Assembly: GCA_963753435.1 (NCBI GenBank)
Contig: CAVWCF010000005.1
Location: 64,001 to 128,000, forward strand
DNA from: an uncultured Actinomycetota bacterium
GTDB lineage: Bacteria; Actinomycetota; Actinomycetes; CAVWCF01
DNA: 64,000 nucleotides
Reading direction: 5' to 3'
This document shows, in pieces, positions 31,967-42,548 of the stretch. A program made the translations under genes and the position numbers. Below the pieces are notes generated by a model that did no database searches, had not been told where the DNA came from, and was given only the letters and a program-made list of their open reading frames with translations. Numbering within the stretch: the stretch's first letter is position 1; each line of letters begins with the position of its first letter.

Positions 31967-32767
31967 TCAGAGGATGAGGCGGGAGCGCAGCCGCCGGATC
32001 GCCAGGAACCCCATCAGCGCGGCGAAGCCGATCAGGAACGACAGGTGCCACCAGTCGTCGGTCTGCCAGCCGAAGACGGCATCCCGGACCAGTTGCACCG
32101 AGTGGTACAGCGGGTTCAGCTGGGCCAGGGTCTGCGCCCAGGACGGGAAGTTGTCCAAGGGAAAGAACGTGCCGGCCACCAGGAACAGCGGGGTGATGAC
32201 GATCGAGGTGACGTAGGAGAAGGAGTCGATGCTGGGCACCACGCCGCTGATCCACTGGCCGAACATCGCGAATCCCGTGCCGGTGACGAAGTTGATGGCC
32301 GGGATCGCCAGCATCCCCCAGGTCGGGTCCAGGCCGAAGAACAGCGCCACAACCAGCGGCGCGCAGCCGAACACTGACGCCTTGGCTCCGATCCAGGTCG
32401 CTTCGGCCAGCACGACCTCGTGGACATCGGTGGGGGTCGCCAGCACGGCGTCGTAGGTGCGTTGGTAGACGCGCCGCACGTATGTGGTGAACATGCCCGC
32501 GAACACCGAGGAGAACAACACCGCAACCGCCACGGTCCCGGTGGCCAGGAATTCCACGTAGGGGATGCCGTTGATCTCGCTGACCAGGGCGCCGAAGCCG
32601 AACCCGAAGGCGAGCAGGTAGATCGTGGGCTCGGCGATGCTGGACACCGTGGTGGCCGGCCATAGGCGCCGGAACAGTGTGAGTTCGCGGGTCCACACGC
32701 CGACGAACGCGGCTGTGTCCCAGCGTCCGGTTCGGGCCGGTGCCGCGGTCTGCAGGTCGGTGCTCAT
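31967..32767 (-). CDS. ABC-2 type transporter permease (NodJ-like)
   Basis: EPTIYLLAFGFGFG, YQRTYDAVLATP, GTFFPL, LNPLYHSV. Confidence 0.9.
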   Translation of the reverse strand: MSTDLQTAAPARTGRWDTAAFVGVWTRELTLFRRLWPATTVSSIAEPTIYLLAFGFGFGALVSEINGIPYVEFLATGTVAVAVLFSSVFAGMFTTYVRRVYQRTYDAVLATPTDVHEVVLAEATWIGAKASVFGCAPLVVALFFGLDPTWGMLAIPAINFVTGTGFAMFGQWISGVVPSIDSFSYVTSIVITPLFLVAGTFFPLDNFPSWAQTLAQLNPLYHSVQLVRDAVFGWQTDDWWHLSFLIGFAALMGFLAIRRLRSRLIL

Positions 32768-33696
32768 TCGATGGTCTCCCCGGTCAGCAGCACGAACACG
32801 TCTTCCAGCGTGGTCGCACGTCGTTCGGCCTCGCCCAGTTGGTCCATGAGGTCTTGCGGCATGGTTTCGGCTCGCAACAGCGACACGGTCGGCCCGGTTC
32901 GGCGGGTCGGTTGACCGGCGGCGGACGCCAGCGCGGAGATCTCGGCCAGGCGTGCGGGTGGCCCGTAGTACTCAAGAGCCTCCGCGCCGGCGTGTGTGGC
33001 GATCAGCGAAGCTGGATGCCCGTGGGCGATGAGGCGGCCGCGGTGCATCACCGCCACCTCATCGGCCAGCCGCTCCGCTTCTTCGATGTAGTGCGTCGAC
33101 ATCAAGATGCTCACACCCGAATTGCGCAGAGTGTCGATCAGCGCCCACAACTCCGAACGCACCTGCGGGTCCAGCCCCACTGTCGGCTCGTCCAGCAGGA
33201 GCAGGCGGGGGGAGTGGACCAGCCCGCGGGCGATGAGCAACCGGCGGCGCATGCCTCCGGAAAGAGTCGACGTGCGCGAGTCGGCCCGGTCGGTCAGCTG
33301 TGCCAATCCCAGCGCCTCGGCCACGGCGCTGGCCCGTCGGGCCCTGGGCACGCGGGTCAACGTCGCGAAGACGCGCAGGTTCTCCGCAGCGGTCAGCTCT
33401 TCGTCCAGGTTGTCCTGCTGGGGAACCACCCCCATGAGGGCGCGGGCTGCTTTGGATTGCTGCGGGATCGGTAGACCCAGCACTTCGATCCGGCCGGAGT
33501 CCGGCCGGGCTTGGCCAGTGATCATCCGCATGGTCGTCGTCTTGCCGGCGCCGTTTGGGCCGAGCAGGCCCATGCAGATACCGGGAGCGACTGTCAGGGA
33601 GAAGCCGTCCACTGCGGGGACGGGGCCGTAGCTCTTGCGGACGTCGACGAGGGCCAGCGCGGCGGTCGGCTGTTCGTTTGTCGCTGCTTGGTTCAC
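32764..33696 (-). CDS. ABC transporter ATP-binding protein (NodI-like)
   Basis: GPNGAGKTT, LSGGMRRR, LLLDEPTVGLDPQ, STHY. Confidence 0.93.
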   Translation of the reverse strand: MNQAATNEQPTAALALVDVRKSYGPVPAVDGFSLTVAPGICMGLLGPNGAGKTTTMRMITGQARPDSGRIEVLGLPIPQQSKAARALMGVVPQQDNLDEELTAAENLRVFATLTRVPRARRASAVAEALGLAQLTDRADSRTSTLSGGMRRRLLIARGLVHSPRLLLLDEPTVGLDPQVRSELWALIDTLRNSGVSILMSTHYIEEAERLADEVAVMHRGRLIAHGHPASLIATHAGAEALEYYGPPARLAEISALASAAGQPTRRTGPTVSLLRAETMPQDLMDQLGEAERRATTLEDVFVLLTGETIE

Positions 33697-33733
33697 TGCG
33701 TAACCGTAGGTGGCGCGGCCAGCCAGGGCACCT

Positions 33734-34750
33734 TCAGATTGCGCGGGAGAAGTCCACCGATGCGTAACGGTGCAGTTTCTTCAACTGGTGCTGCGATTCG
33801 ATGCTTCGGATCGTGCCGCTGCGGCCCCGCATGACCAGCGAGTGGGTGGTGACCCCACCGGACCGGTACCGGGCTCCGCGCAGCAGTTCGCCATCGGTGA
33901 CGCCGGTCGCGACAAAGAACACGTCATCGCCGGAGACGAGGTCGTCGGTGAGCAGCACCTGGTCCAGGTCGTGCCCGGCGTCGATCGCCTTGGCGCGTTC
34001 CTCATCGCTGGTGGGCCACAGGCGTCCCTGGATGACACCGCCCAGACACTTGATTGCGCAGGCGGAAATGATCCCTTCGGGGGTGCCGCCGATGCCGAGC
34101 AGCAGGTCGACGCCGGTGCCTTCCCGCACCGCCATGATGGCGCCGGCCACGTCGCCGTCGGTGATGAACTTGATCCGGGCGCCGGTTTCGCGGATCTCGG
34201 TGACCATCTGCTCGTGCCGGGGCCGGTCGAGGATGCAAACGGTCACGTCCTCGCAGTCCTCGCCCTTGGCGCGAGCCACGCGCCGGATGTTCTCCCCGAC
34301 CGGTGCGGTGATGTCGACAACCCCGGCGGCCTCCGGGCCGGTGGCCAACTTCTCCATGTAGAAGACGGCCGACGGGTCGTACATGGCGTTGCGCGGAGCG
34401 ACGGCCAGCACGGACAGGGCGTTACTCATCCCCTTCGCGGTCAGCGTCGTTCCGTCGATGGGGTCGACGGCCACATCCATCTCCGGGCCCATCCCGGAGC
34501 CGACCCGCTCGCCGTTGAAGAGCATGGGGGCGTCGTCCTTCTCGCCCTCGCCGATGACTACCACGCCGTTCATCTCCACGGTGCCGATCAGGACGCGCAT
34601 GGCGTTGACGGCTGCAGCGTCGGCGCCGTTCTTGTCTCCGCGACCCACCCAACGGCCGGCCGCCATGGCGGCGGCCTCGGTCACCCGCACCAGTTCCAGC
34701 GCCAGGTTTCGGTCCGGCGCCTCGGTTTTGCGCGGTGGGATCGACTCCAC
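33734..34750 (-). CDS. glpX: Class II fructose-1,6-bisphosphatase
   Basis: [41 protein letters not shown]; start GTG 34750 after AGGAG. Confidence 0.96.
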   Translation of the reverse strand: MESIPPRKTEAPDRNLALELVRVTEAAAMAAGRWVGRGDKNGADAAAVNAMRVLIGTVEMNGVVVIGEGEKDDAPMLFNGERVGSGMGPEMDVAVDPIDGTTLTAKGMSNALSVLAVAPRNAMYDPSAVFYMEKLATGPEAAGVVDITAPVGENIRRVARAKGEDCEDVTVCILDRPRHEQMVTEIRETGARIKFITDGDVAGAIMAVREGTGVDLLLGIGGTPEGIISACAIKCLGGVIQGRLWPTSDEERAKAIDAGHDLDQVLLTDDLVSGDDVFFVATGVTDGELLRGARYRSGGVTTHSLVMRGRSGTIRSIESQHQLKKLHRYASVDFSRAI

Positions 34751-34815
34751 GTGAGCTCCTTCGGTTGATTGGAGGATAGCCACCCCGCGCGCAGCGGGTC
34801 GGCGTCGGAGACCAT

Positions 34816-35331
34816 GTGGTCATGGCGCGGCGACGAGGATTCGAAGGGGTCGGGGACATGACCCGGTCCCTGGGCCTGGTGTTGTTGGTGGTGGCGGCCA
34901 TCGTGTTGTTCACGCTGCGTTCGACCCCGGACGAGCCGATCCCGACCGTGGACCCCACCGAAACCCTGGCGGCCGCCGCGGCCGCCGACCTGCCGGTCGT
35001 CGAAGCGGACACACCAAGCGGATGGCGAGTCACCAGCGCCCGTTTCGAGGAAGCCCCACCGCAGCGGTACGCGGTCGGCTTCCTGACCCCGACTGAGGAC
35101 TTCGCCGGCTACGGGGTAACCACGGATGTTGACGGATTAGTGGAGGAGTTCGTGCGCGACGCGGACCGTGGGGGCACGGTAACCGTCGCCGAGCGCACCT
35201 GGGACGTCTACGCCGGACCCGATCGACTGGCTTGGGTCACCGAGTTGCCGGACGAGTCGGTCTGGCTGGTCGTGACCGGGTCCGACCCGGCACTGCTGAC
35301 CCAGCTGGCCGAGTCGCTGACCCTGGTCTGA
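34816..35331 (+). CDS. DUF4245 family membrane protein
   Basis: [21 protein letters not shown]; conserved position between glpX and xseB; start may be ATG 34822. Confidence 0.85.
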   Translation: MVMARRRGFEGVGDMTRSLGLVLLVVAAIVLFTLRSTPDEPIPTVDPTETLAAAAAADLPVVEADTPSGWRVTSARFEEAPPQRYAVGFLTPTEDFAGYGVTTDVDGLVEEFVRDADRGGTVTVAERTWDVYAGPDRLAWVTELPDESVWLVVTGSDPALLTQLAESLTLV

Positions 35332-35341
35332 GCTTCGTCAG

Positions 35342-35608
35342 CTACCCGTCGTCTTCGGGCTGCGCTGCGGCCAGCCGCTCCCGCGCCCCGTCCAGCCAGC
35401 GTTGGCAGATCTTGGCGAGCGCTTCGCCACGCTCCCACAGCGCGAGGGACTCCTCCAGGGTCGTGCCCCCGGCCTCAAGTCGTTTGACAACGTCGATCAG
35501 TTCGTCACGGGCCTGCTCGTAACCGAGTTCCGCATCGGCCCCAAGCGATCCGGCGGCGGCAACCGGATCCGTTTCGGCCGCGCCTTCGCCGCTGGACTTC
35601 TGAGCCAC
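35342..35608 (-). CDS. xseB: Exodeoxyribonuclease VII small subunit
   Basis: [29 protein letters not shown]. Confidence 0.95.
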   Translation of the reverse strand: MAQKSSGEGAAETDPVAAAGSLGADAELGYEQARDELIDVVKRLEAGGTTLEESLALWERGEALAKICQRWLDGARERLAAAQPEDDG

Positions 35609-35623
35609 CCGCCGAGCCTATGG

Positions 35624-36832
35624 CTAACCCAACGACTCGGCGGTTACCTCGTCGCTGGCCAGCCGGATCCGCAGGTGGGTGCCTGCCGGCGCATCGGCAG
35701 CGGACCGCACCAGTTGCCCGTCCTGGCGCTGAACCAGTGCATACCCGCGTTGCAGCGTCGCGCGCGGTGACAGCGCGCGAACACGCGCCAGGGCGTGGGT
35801 CAGGTCGTCCGCGGCCGCACTCAGGCGGTGCCCCAGCCGGTTCCGGGCGACACGGGTGAGGTCGGCGATTCGGTCGGCTTCGGCATCCAGGCGCAGCCCG
35901 GGGCTGGACAGCGCGGGTCGCGCCCGGGTGGTGTCCAACCAGTGCTGCTCCTGATCCAGCCGGGCGGTGATCAGCCGCTGCAGTCGTTTGCGCGCCTCGC
36001 TGACTTGACGCGCTTCTTCGGCCACGTCGGGCACGACACGGCGGGCCGCATCGGTCGGGGTCGAAGCGCGCACGTCGGCGACCAGGTCCAGCAGCGGGGT
36101 GTCGGTTTCGTGGCCGATGGCGCTGACGATCGGCGTGGCCGCCCGGGCCACGGCCCGGACGAGGTTTTCGTCGGAGAACGGCAGCAGATCCTCAACCGAT
36201 CCGCCACCGCGCGCGATGACGATGACGTCCACGGTGCGGTCGGCATCCAGCGAGCCGATTTCGGCGACCACCTCGGACACCGCGTACGGGCCTTGCACCG
36301 CGACGTTGCGCACTTCGAAACGGACTCCGGGCCATCGCCGCCGCGCGTTGTCCAACACGTCGCGTTCGGCCGCAGAGCCGCGACCGCAGATGAGGCCCAC
36401 GCCCCGCGGCAGGAACGGCAGTGCCCGCTTGCGGTCGGCAGCGAACAGTCCTTCGGCGGCCAACTGGGCCTTGAGGCGCTCCAGGCGGGCCAGCAGTTCG
36501 CCCAAGCCGACGTGGCGGATGTCGTCGGCACGCAAGGAGAGCGTGCCGCGGGTCAAGTACAAGTTGGGTTTGGCGCGAAGCACGACGCGGGTGCCGGCGA
36601 CCGGCGGCGGGTCAACCGCGTCCACGAGCGAACTGGGCGCGGTTATGGACAAGGAGAGGTCGGCGGCGGGGTCGCGCAAGGTCAAGAACACCGTGGCCAT
36701 GCCCGGGCGGCGGCTGATCTGCGTGATCTGCCCCTCAACCCAGATCCACCCCAGCCTGTCGATCCACTCGCCGAGCATCTGGCTGACCCGGCGAACCGGC
36801 AGCGGTTGCTCCGGGGAGGTCTCGACGGGCAT
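35624..36832 (-). CDS. xseA: Exodeoxyribonuclease VII large subunit
   Basis: [34 protein letters not shown]. Confidence 0.96.
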   Translation of the reverse strand: MPVETSPEQPLPVRRVSQMLGEWIDRLGWIWVEGQITQISRRPGMATVFLTLRDPAADLSLSITAPSSLVDAVDPPPVAGTRVVLRAKPNLYLTRGTLSLRADDIRHVGLGELLARLERLKAQLAAEGLFAADRKRALPFLPRGVGLICGRGSAAERDVLDNARRRWPGVRFEVRNVAVQGPYAVSEVVAEIGSLDADRTVDVIVIARGGGSVEDLLPFSDENLVRAVARAATPIVSAIGHETDTPLLDLVADVRASTPTDAARRVVPDVAEEARQVSEARKRLQRLITARLDQEQHWLDTTRARPALSSPGLRLDAEADRIADLTRVARNRLGHRLSAAADDLTHALARVRALSPRATLQRGYALVQRQDGQLVRSAADAPAGTHLRIRLASDEVTAESLG

Positions 36833-36862
36833 GCCCGGAGCCTAGGCACCTAGCATGAGCAG

Positions 36863-37870
36863 GTGACCGCAGACACAAGTTCCACTCCCGCCTCGGAGTC
36901 CGCGCCGTTCAGCAACGGCGCCGGACGAGTGCTACTGGCCGCCCCGCGCGGGTACTGCGCTGGTGTGGACCGCGCGGTCATCACGGTCGAGAAGGCCCTG
37001 GAGTTGCACGGCGCCCCCGTCTACGTGCGCAAGCAGATCGTGCACAACAAGCACGTGGTGGAGACGCTGCAGGAGCGCGGCGCGGTGTTCGTGGATGAGG
37101 TTGAGGAAGTACCGGAGGGGGCTTTGGTGGTCTTCTCCGCTCATGGTGTGGCGCCGGAGGTGCACGACCAGGCGGCCGAGCGGCAACTGCGGACCATTGA
37201 TGCGACCTGCCCGCTGGTCACCAAGGTCCACCAGGAGGCCAGGCGGTTCGCCGACGAGGGCTACGACATCCTCCTGATCGGTCACGAGGGCCATGAAGAG
37301 GTCGTGGGGACGATGGGTGAGGCCCCGGACCGGATCCGGCTGGTTCAGGGACCCGAAGAGGCAGACGCGCTCGAACTCGGCGACGGGAAGAAGGTCGCCT
37401 GGCTTTCGCAGACCACTTTGTCGGTGGATGAGACGCAGCAGACTGTTGAGCGTCTTCGGGAGCGACTGCCAATGCTGATCGACCCGCCCAGTGATGACAT
37501 CTGCTACGCCACCCAGAATCGCCAGGAGGCGATCAAACAGGTGGCCGCTGAGTCCGACCTCGTCATCGTCGTGGGTTCGCGCAACTCCTCCAACTCGGTG
37601 CGGTTGGTGGAGGTCAGCCGCGAGTTGGGAGCTGCCGCCCACCTCGTGGATGCGGCTGTCGAGATCGACGAGTCGTGGCTGGACGGCGTGAAGACGGTGG
37701 GTGTCACCAGCGGCGCGTCGGTCCCGGAGATTCTGGTGCGCGGGGTGCTGCAGTGGCTGGCCGAGCGCGGGTTCGGCGATGTTCACGAGGTGCGGTCGGC
37801 TGAGGAGACCCTGCTCTTTGCGCTACCGCCGGAACTGCGTCGAGACATGCGAGCCGCGGCCAAGGGCTGA
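36863..37870 (+). CDS. ispH: 4-hydroxy-3-methylbut-2-enyl diphosphate reductase
   Basis: [44 protein letters not shown]. Confidence 0.97.
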   Translation: MTADTSSTPASESAPFSNGAGRVLLAAPRGYCAGVDRAVITVEKALELHGAPVYVRKQIVHNKHVVETLQERGAVFVDEVEEVPEGALVVFSAHGVAPEVHDQAAERQLRTIDATCPLVTKVHQEARRFADEGYDILLIGHEGHEEVVGTMGEAPDRIRLVQGPEEADALELGDGKKVAWLSQTTLSVDETQQTVERLRERLPMLIDPPSDDICYATQNRQEAIKQVAAESDLVIVVGSRNSSNSVRLVEVSRELGAAAHLVDAAVEIDESWLDGVKTVGVTSGASVPEILVRGVLQWLAERGFGDVHEVRSAEETLLFALPPELRRDMRAAAKG

Positions 37871-37887
37871 GCCCGTTGGGAGTCGAC

Positions 37888-38304
37888 CTATCCGCGTCGG
37901 ATGCGGTCGCGCCGGGTGAACGCCACCACCAAGGCGGCGGCCAACCCGAAGATGAGCGTCGGGGCTTCGTCGGCCAGCAGGAAGGTGATTCCGGCGGCAC
38001 GTTCCAATAGCCCGCCGCCGGCGTCGGGTCCGATCAGCGAAACGATCAGCATCGCGGCCGCGTAGGCGATCGGCGCCAGGATCGCGGCCCAGAACCTGTC
38101 AGTAGCGCGGATTCGCCAGGCGGCGTACAGGCACAAGGCGGTGAAGGAGACGGCGAACGGCCAGCCGATGCCGTTGCCCAGGTAGGCGTCAACCGTCGCT
38201 GCCGCGGCGGCGCCGACGATCAGGATGGCCCCCACGGTGGGGACGCTCAGGCCACCGAACGCGGCCGCGCGATGCCGCGATCCGGTCTCGATTGGCTGGC
38301 TCAC
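37888..38304 (-). CDS. DUF6542-like membrane protein
   Basis: Four hydrophobic segments; conserved position between ispH and rmuC. Confidence 0.7.
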   Translation of the reverse strand: MSQPIETGSRHRAAAFGGLSVPTVGAILIVGAAAAATVDAYLGNGIGWPFAVSFTALCLYAAWRIRATDRFWAAILAPIAYAAAMLIVSLIGPDAGGGLLERAAGITFLLADEAPTLIFGLAAALVVAFTRRDRIRRG

Positions 38305-38343
38305 GCGGCGATCACGCGGCGCACATTAGCCGCATCGGCCGCT

Positions 38344-39750
38344 TCAGCCGGTGGCCGACTCCGGTCTCGCCGGGGGTGTCGGGAACAGGCCGTAGCGCTG
38401 GTCGCCCGCAGGGTCCTCGGTCGCTGCAACCTGGTCTTCAGTCGCCGCCGTGTCGGCTCGGACCGGGAGCACCCGGAGGTCCACATCGGCGTCGGGCACC
38501 AACTCCGCGGCCGTCAGCACCTGCGGGCGGTCGCCGTGAAGGGGCTCCAGGGGAGCGAGCTCACCGTCGACCACTTCCATCTCGTTCAGCTTGCGTGCGG
38601 TCACCATTACCCGCCGCTCCAGGGAGCCGACGGCCTTGTTGTAGTCCTCCGTCACCCGAGCGATGGATCGACCCAACTTGGTGACGTGATCGCCCATCTT
38701 CCCCAGCCGCTCGTACAGCTCGCGGCCCAGATCAAAGACCTCCTGTGCCTTGTGCGCCAGGGCCTCCTGTTGCCAGGCGTAGGCGATGGTCCGCAGCATC
38801 GACATCAGGGTCGTTGGTGTGGCGATGATGACCTTCTTGGCCATCGCTTCCTCCAACAGCGCCGGATCCCGTTCCAGTGCCGGCGCCAGGAACGCCTCAC
38901 CGGGAACGAACAGGACCACGAACTCCGGCGCGGGGGAGAACTGCGACCAGTACCCCTTGCCGGCCAAGTCGTTGACGTGCTTGCGCAGGTGCTTGGCGTG
39001 TGCTTGTAGGCGCTGCTCTGCGTGCGCTGGGTCAGTGGACTCGTGCGCTTCCAGGTAAGCCGCCAGGCTGACCTTTGAGTCGACCACAACCTGTTTTCCA
39101 CCGGCCAGGCGGACCACCATGTCCGGGCGCAAGCGGTCATCGCCGGTGGCGCTGACCTGCTCATCGAAGTCGACGCGGGGGCTCATGCCGCTGAGCTCGA
39201 CGATCCGCTGAAGTTGCAGTTCGCCCCACCGGCCGCGTGTCTGCGGAGCGCGCAGCGCGTTGACCAACGACGACGTCTCCGACCGCAGTTTCTCGTTGTT
39301 GGTCAGCATTTGGCGTACCTGTTCGGACAACTCGGCTTCGGCTCGGGCGCGCCGGGTCTCCAGGTCGCTGAGTTGAGTCTCAACTTTGCCGAGGGTGTCA
39401 CGAAGCGGGGCCACCAGTTGCTCTACGGCCTTCTCCCGCTTGGCAAGCTCGGCCGCATTGGACTGTTCGGCCTGCTGCCAGCGCTGGGTCGCCAACTGCA
39501 GGAAGTCCTCCTTCGTGGTTCGCAGCACCCGTCCGGCCAGTGCTTCGAACTCCGCGACTAGCCGCTCCTGGTCGCGGTTCATCTGCTCCAGTCGTTCCCC
39601 GGTCAGCCGTCGTTCAGCGTCCAAGGTGGCCTGCGTGGCGGCGGCCTGGGCTGCCCCGGAAGCGGCCCCCTGGGTGCGTCCCCAGGCCCATCCCAAGGCC
39701 AGACCGATCAAACTGCCGGCAAACGCCAGGATCACAGCTAGTGCGCTCAT
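38344..39750 (-). CDS. rmuC: DNA recombination protein RmuC
   Basis: RGRWGELQL, RPDMVVRL, VDSKV, FVVLFVPGE, ATPTTL; N-terminal TM from ATG 39750. Confidence 0.94.
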   Translation of the reverse strand: MSALAVILAFAGSLIGLALGWAWGRTQGAASGAAQAAATQATLDAERRLTGERLEQMNRDQERLVAEFEALAGRVLRTTKEDFLQLATQRWQQAEQSNAAELAKREKAVEQLVAPLRDTLGKVETQLSDLETRRARAEAELSEQVRQMLTNNEKLRSETSSLVNALRAPQTRGRWGELQLQRIVELSGMSPRVDFDEQVSATGDDRLRPDMVVRLAGGKQVVVDSKVSLAAYLEAHESTDPAHAEQRLQAHAKHLRKHVNDLAGKGYWSQFSPAPEFVVLFVPGEAFLAPALERDPALLEEAMAKKVIIATPTTLMSMLRTIAYAWQQEALAHKAQEVFDLGRELYERLGKMGDHVTKLGRSIARVTEDYNKAVGSLERRVMVTARKLNEMEVVDGELAPLEPLHGDRPQVLTAAELVPDADVDLRVLPVRADTAATEDQVAATEDPAGDQRYGLFPTPPARPESATG

Positions 39751-39820
39751 GAAGTCGATGCTGCCAGGGGGGTCCGACAGATTCGGGGCGGCGCGCGGTT
39801 GACGCCTAGACTCCACCGCC

Positions 39821-40894
39821 GTGGCTCTGCAGATCGGGATCGTCGGACTACCCAACGTGGGTAAGTCGACGCTCTTCAACGCCCTGACCAAGAACCAGGT
39901 GCTGGCGGCCAACTACCCATTCGCGACCATCGAGCCGAACGTCGGCGTGGTCCCGGTGCCCGACTCGCGGCTGGCCGTTCTGGCTGGGATCTTCGGCTCC
40001 GCCAAGCAACTTCCGGCCACGGTTGAGTTCGTCGATATCGCGGGGATCGTCAAGGGCGCCAGCGAGGGCGCTGGGCTTGGCAACAAATTCCTGGCGAACA
40101 TCCGCGAGGCGGATGCGATCTGCCAGGTGCTGCGCGTCTTCGAGGACCCGGACGTCACGCACGTCGACGGGCGGATCTCACCGGCCGACGACCGGGAAAC
40201 CATCAATACCGAGTTGATCCTGGCCGACCTGCAGACGCTGGAGAAGGCGATCCCGCGGCTGGAGAAGGAGTCGCGCATCAACAAGGAAGCAAGGCCCGCC
40301 CTGGCGGCGGCTCAGGAAGCGGCGGAGGTGCTCAACTCCGGCCAAACCGTCTTCGAAGCCAAACTCGATCCGGCTCCGTTGCGCGAGCTGTCGCTGCTGA
40401 CGACCAAGCCGTTCCTGTACGTCTTCAATGTGGATGAGGACGCCCTGGCGAATGAGGGGCTGCGCAAGGAGCTGGCGGAGATCGTTGCCCCGGCCGAAGC
40501 GGTGTTCCTCGACGCGAAGATCGAGTCGGAGCTAATTGAGTTGCCCGACGATGAGGCGTTGGAGTTGCTGCAGTCGCTTGGGCAGGAGGAGTCCGGCCTC
40601 TCCCAGTTGGCGCGGATCGGATTCGACACTCTGGGTCTGCAGACCTACCTGACTGCCGGGCCGAAAGAGGCCAGGGCCTGGACTATCCGCAAGGGGGCGA
40701 CTGCCCCGGAAGCCGCCGGAGTCATTCACACGGACTTCGAGAAGGGCTTCATCAAGGCCGAGGTGGTGTCCTTCGACGCCTTGGTGGCGGCCGGCTCGAT
40801 GGCTGAGGCGCGGTCCCGCGGCCAGGTGCGGATGGAAGGCAAGGACTACGTCATGGCTGACGGCGATGTTGTGGAGTTCCGCTTCAACGTCTGA
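39821..40894 (+). CDS. ychF: Redox-regulated ATPase YchF
   Basis: GLPNVGKSTLFNALT, NYPFATIEPN, GLGNKFLANIRE, DGDVVEFRFNV. Confidence 0.98.
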   Translation: MALQIGIVGLPNVGKSTLFNALTKNQVLAANYPFATIEPNVGVVPVPDSRLAVLAGIFGSAKQLPATVEFVDIAGIVKGASEGAGLGNKFLANIREADAICQVLRVFEDPDVTHVDGRISPADDRETINTELILADLQTLEKAIPRLEKESRINKEARPALAAAQEAAEVLNSGQTVFEAKLDPAPLRELSLLTTKPFLYVFNVDEDALANEGLRKELAEIVAPAEAVFLDAKIESELIELPDDEALELLQSLGQEESGLSQLARIGFDTLGLQTYLTAGPKEARAWTIRKGATAPEAAGVIHTDFEKGFIKAEVVSFDALVAAGSMAEARSRGQVRMEGKDYVMADGDVVEFRFNV

Positions 40895-41042
40895 CGCCTA
40901 AGCCAGCCACGCAGCGATTGAGCGGGTTTCCATGTCTGACCTGCGGCGATACCCCCGGACAACTCCGGTTGATTCCGGGTATTGCTGAACGTCTGGTGTA
41001 CGCGATGTGTACAAGAAGTGTGATTCTCAATCCAGGCTGTGA

Positions 41043-41636
41043 CTATGAGGGCGCAAACATCACGGTCACGTTGCTGTCCCAGCCGCCCTCGTCAGGGTTG
41101 TAGTCACCGCCACAAGTGACCAGGACCACCCGGGGCGGCCCGTCCTGCGCGAAGAGTTCTTCGTACGGCAAGACTTCCTTGCGGTAGCTGGCAACCTCGG
41201 CAACGGTGTAGTTGCGCTCCACCCCGTCGGCTCCGGTCAACGCCATCGACGTTCCCGGCTGCAGGTTCACTGCCTCAGCAAAGGGCCCGGTCCCGTATTC
41301 GGCTGAGTCGAGGTGGGCGACTAGGACGGTGGTGCCTTGCTCGCTACCTGGCGCGACGCCTGCCCGCCACCAGCCGACTACCCACGGTTCGGGCGGGATC
41401 TCCAGGACACGATCCTGCGTGCTGACCGGCCGAATCTCTGAGTCCACGTCGATGGCGGGTAACCGCATCCGCAACGGCGGTTCGCCCCGATCAGATCCGG
41501 GAGCCGGTTCGGAACTCGCTGTCGGCGCTTCAGCGGGACTGCGAGATGAATCGACTGGCTCGTCAGCGCAGCCTGCAAGCAGCACCCCAACCGAAGCCGC
41601 CAGCGCAATCCACCGTGCTGCGATGCCAGGGGGCAC
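41043..41636 (-). CDS. Class F sortase
   Basis: Lipobox LAGC, VGWW..PG..GTTVLVAHLDS, LVTCGG, Asn in place of the catalytic Arg (DSNV). Confidence 0.9.
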   Translation of the reverse strand: MPPGIAARWIALAASVGVLLAGCADEPVDSSRSPAEAPTASSEPAPGSDRGEPPLRMRLPAIDVDSEIRPVSTQDRVLEIPPEPWVVGWWRAGVAPGSEQGTTVLVAHLDSAEYGTGPFAEAVNLQPGTSMALTGADGVERNYTVAEVASYRKEVLPYEELFAQDGPPRVVLVTCGGDYNPDEGGWDSNVTVMFAPS

Positions 41637-42404
41637 TCACACCTGGTAGCGGCCCTTCCTCCGCACAGCCATCCAGGCGGAGGTCCCAGCAATGATCGTG
41701 AGCACGGCGCCCAACAGCCACCCGGCGCTGCCAGCACCGAACAGCGATCGGCTCGACTCTTGTCCAGCTGGCACGGCGGTAGGCAGCAGCGTCTCGTCCC
41801 CGGCCGCGCCAAGTGCACCACCCGCAACGTCACCGGATGACCCCGGGGCCGGCGTGACAGTAGACGTCGGTTCCGCAGACCCGGTCGGCGTTGGTATCGC
41901 GGTACCGGTCGGGGTGGGCGTCGCCGTCGGGGGCTGTGTCGGGGTCAAGGTCACCGACAGTGGAGCCGTCTCAAGACCATTCGGACTGACACCGGCGATC
42001 TGGCTTTCCGCGGTGACCGGGATCGTCCCAGCCGGCGCCGAAGCACCAACGGTCAAGCCCACCGTGAGTTGCACCGCGTTGGATGCATCGAACGGGATCC
42101 ATCCGCACGCAACCGATGTCGCAGTCACACCACAGGGTCCATTGGCCCAGGATGGCTCGGTAGCGAGCGCGAACGTGGTTGGGCTTCCCGACGGCACGCT
42201 TAGCGTCACCTGAATCTCGCCGCTGGACGACGTCCAACCTGAGGCCCCGAAGACCGCACTCACCTGCACGGTTTCACCAGGCGCCGCCGTGTTCGGCGTG
42301 ATGACGACGGAATCTACGCTCGCAAAAGCGGGCGCAGCCATCATCAACCCGACAGGGACACTCACGGCGATAGCGACGCCAAGGGCAACCGAACGGCTCT
42401 TCAT
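41637..42404 (-). CDS. Secreted Ig-like protein with Pro/Thr linker and putative class F sorting signal
   Basis: Signal peptide ..APAFA, PT-rich linker, LPTAVPAG, then TM and RRKGR; abuts the sortase gene. Confidence 0.8.
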   Translation of the reverse strand: MKSRSVALGVAIAVSVPVGLMMAAPAFASVDSVVITPNTAAPGETVQVSAVFGASGWTSSSGEIQVTLSVPSGSPTTFALATEPSWANGPCGVTATSVACGWIPFDASNAVQLTVGLTVGASAPAGTIPVTAESQIAGVSPNGLETAPLSVTLTPTQPPTATPTPTGTAIPTPTGSAEPTSTVTPAPGSSGDVAGGALGAAGDETLLPTAVPAGQESSRSLFGAGSAGWLLGAVLTIIAGTSAWMAVRRKGRYQV

Positions 42405-42548
42405 CTGCTCCCCAATTGCTTGCCGACCACGGCCATGTGGCCAGAACTCAACACTAGACGCTTCACACTATCGAGCGATTCACGCTTCCGCGACTTCACC
42501 GCACGGCGAGTTCGGGCAACCTCCGTATCCGGTACGAGCGGCGGCCAA

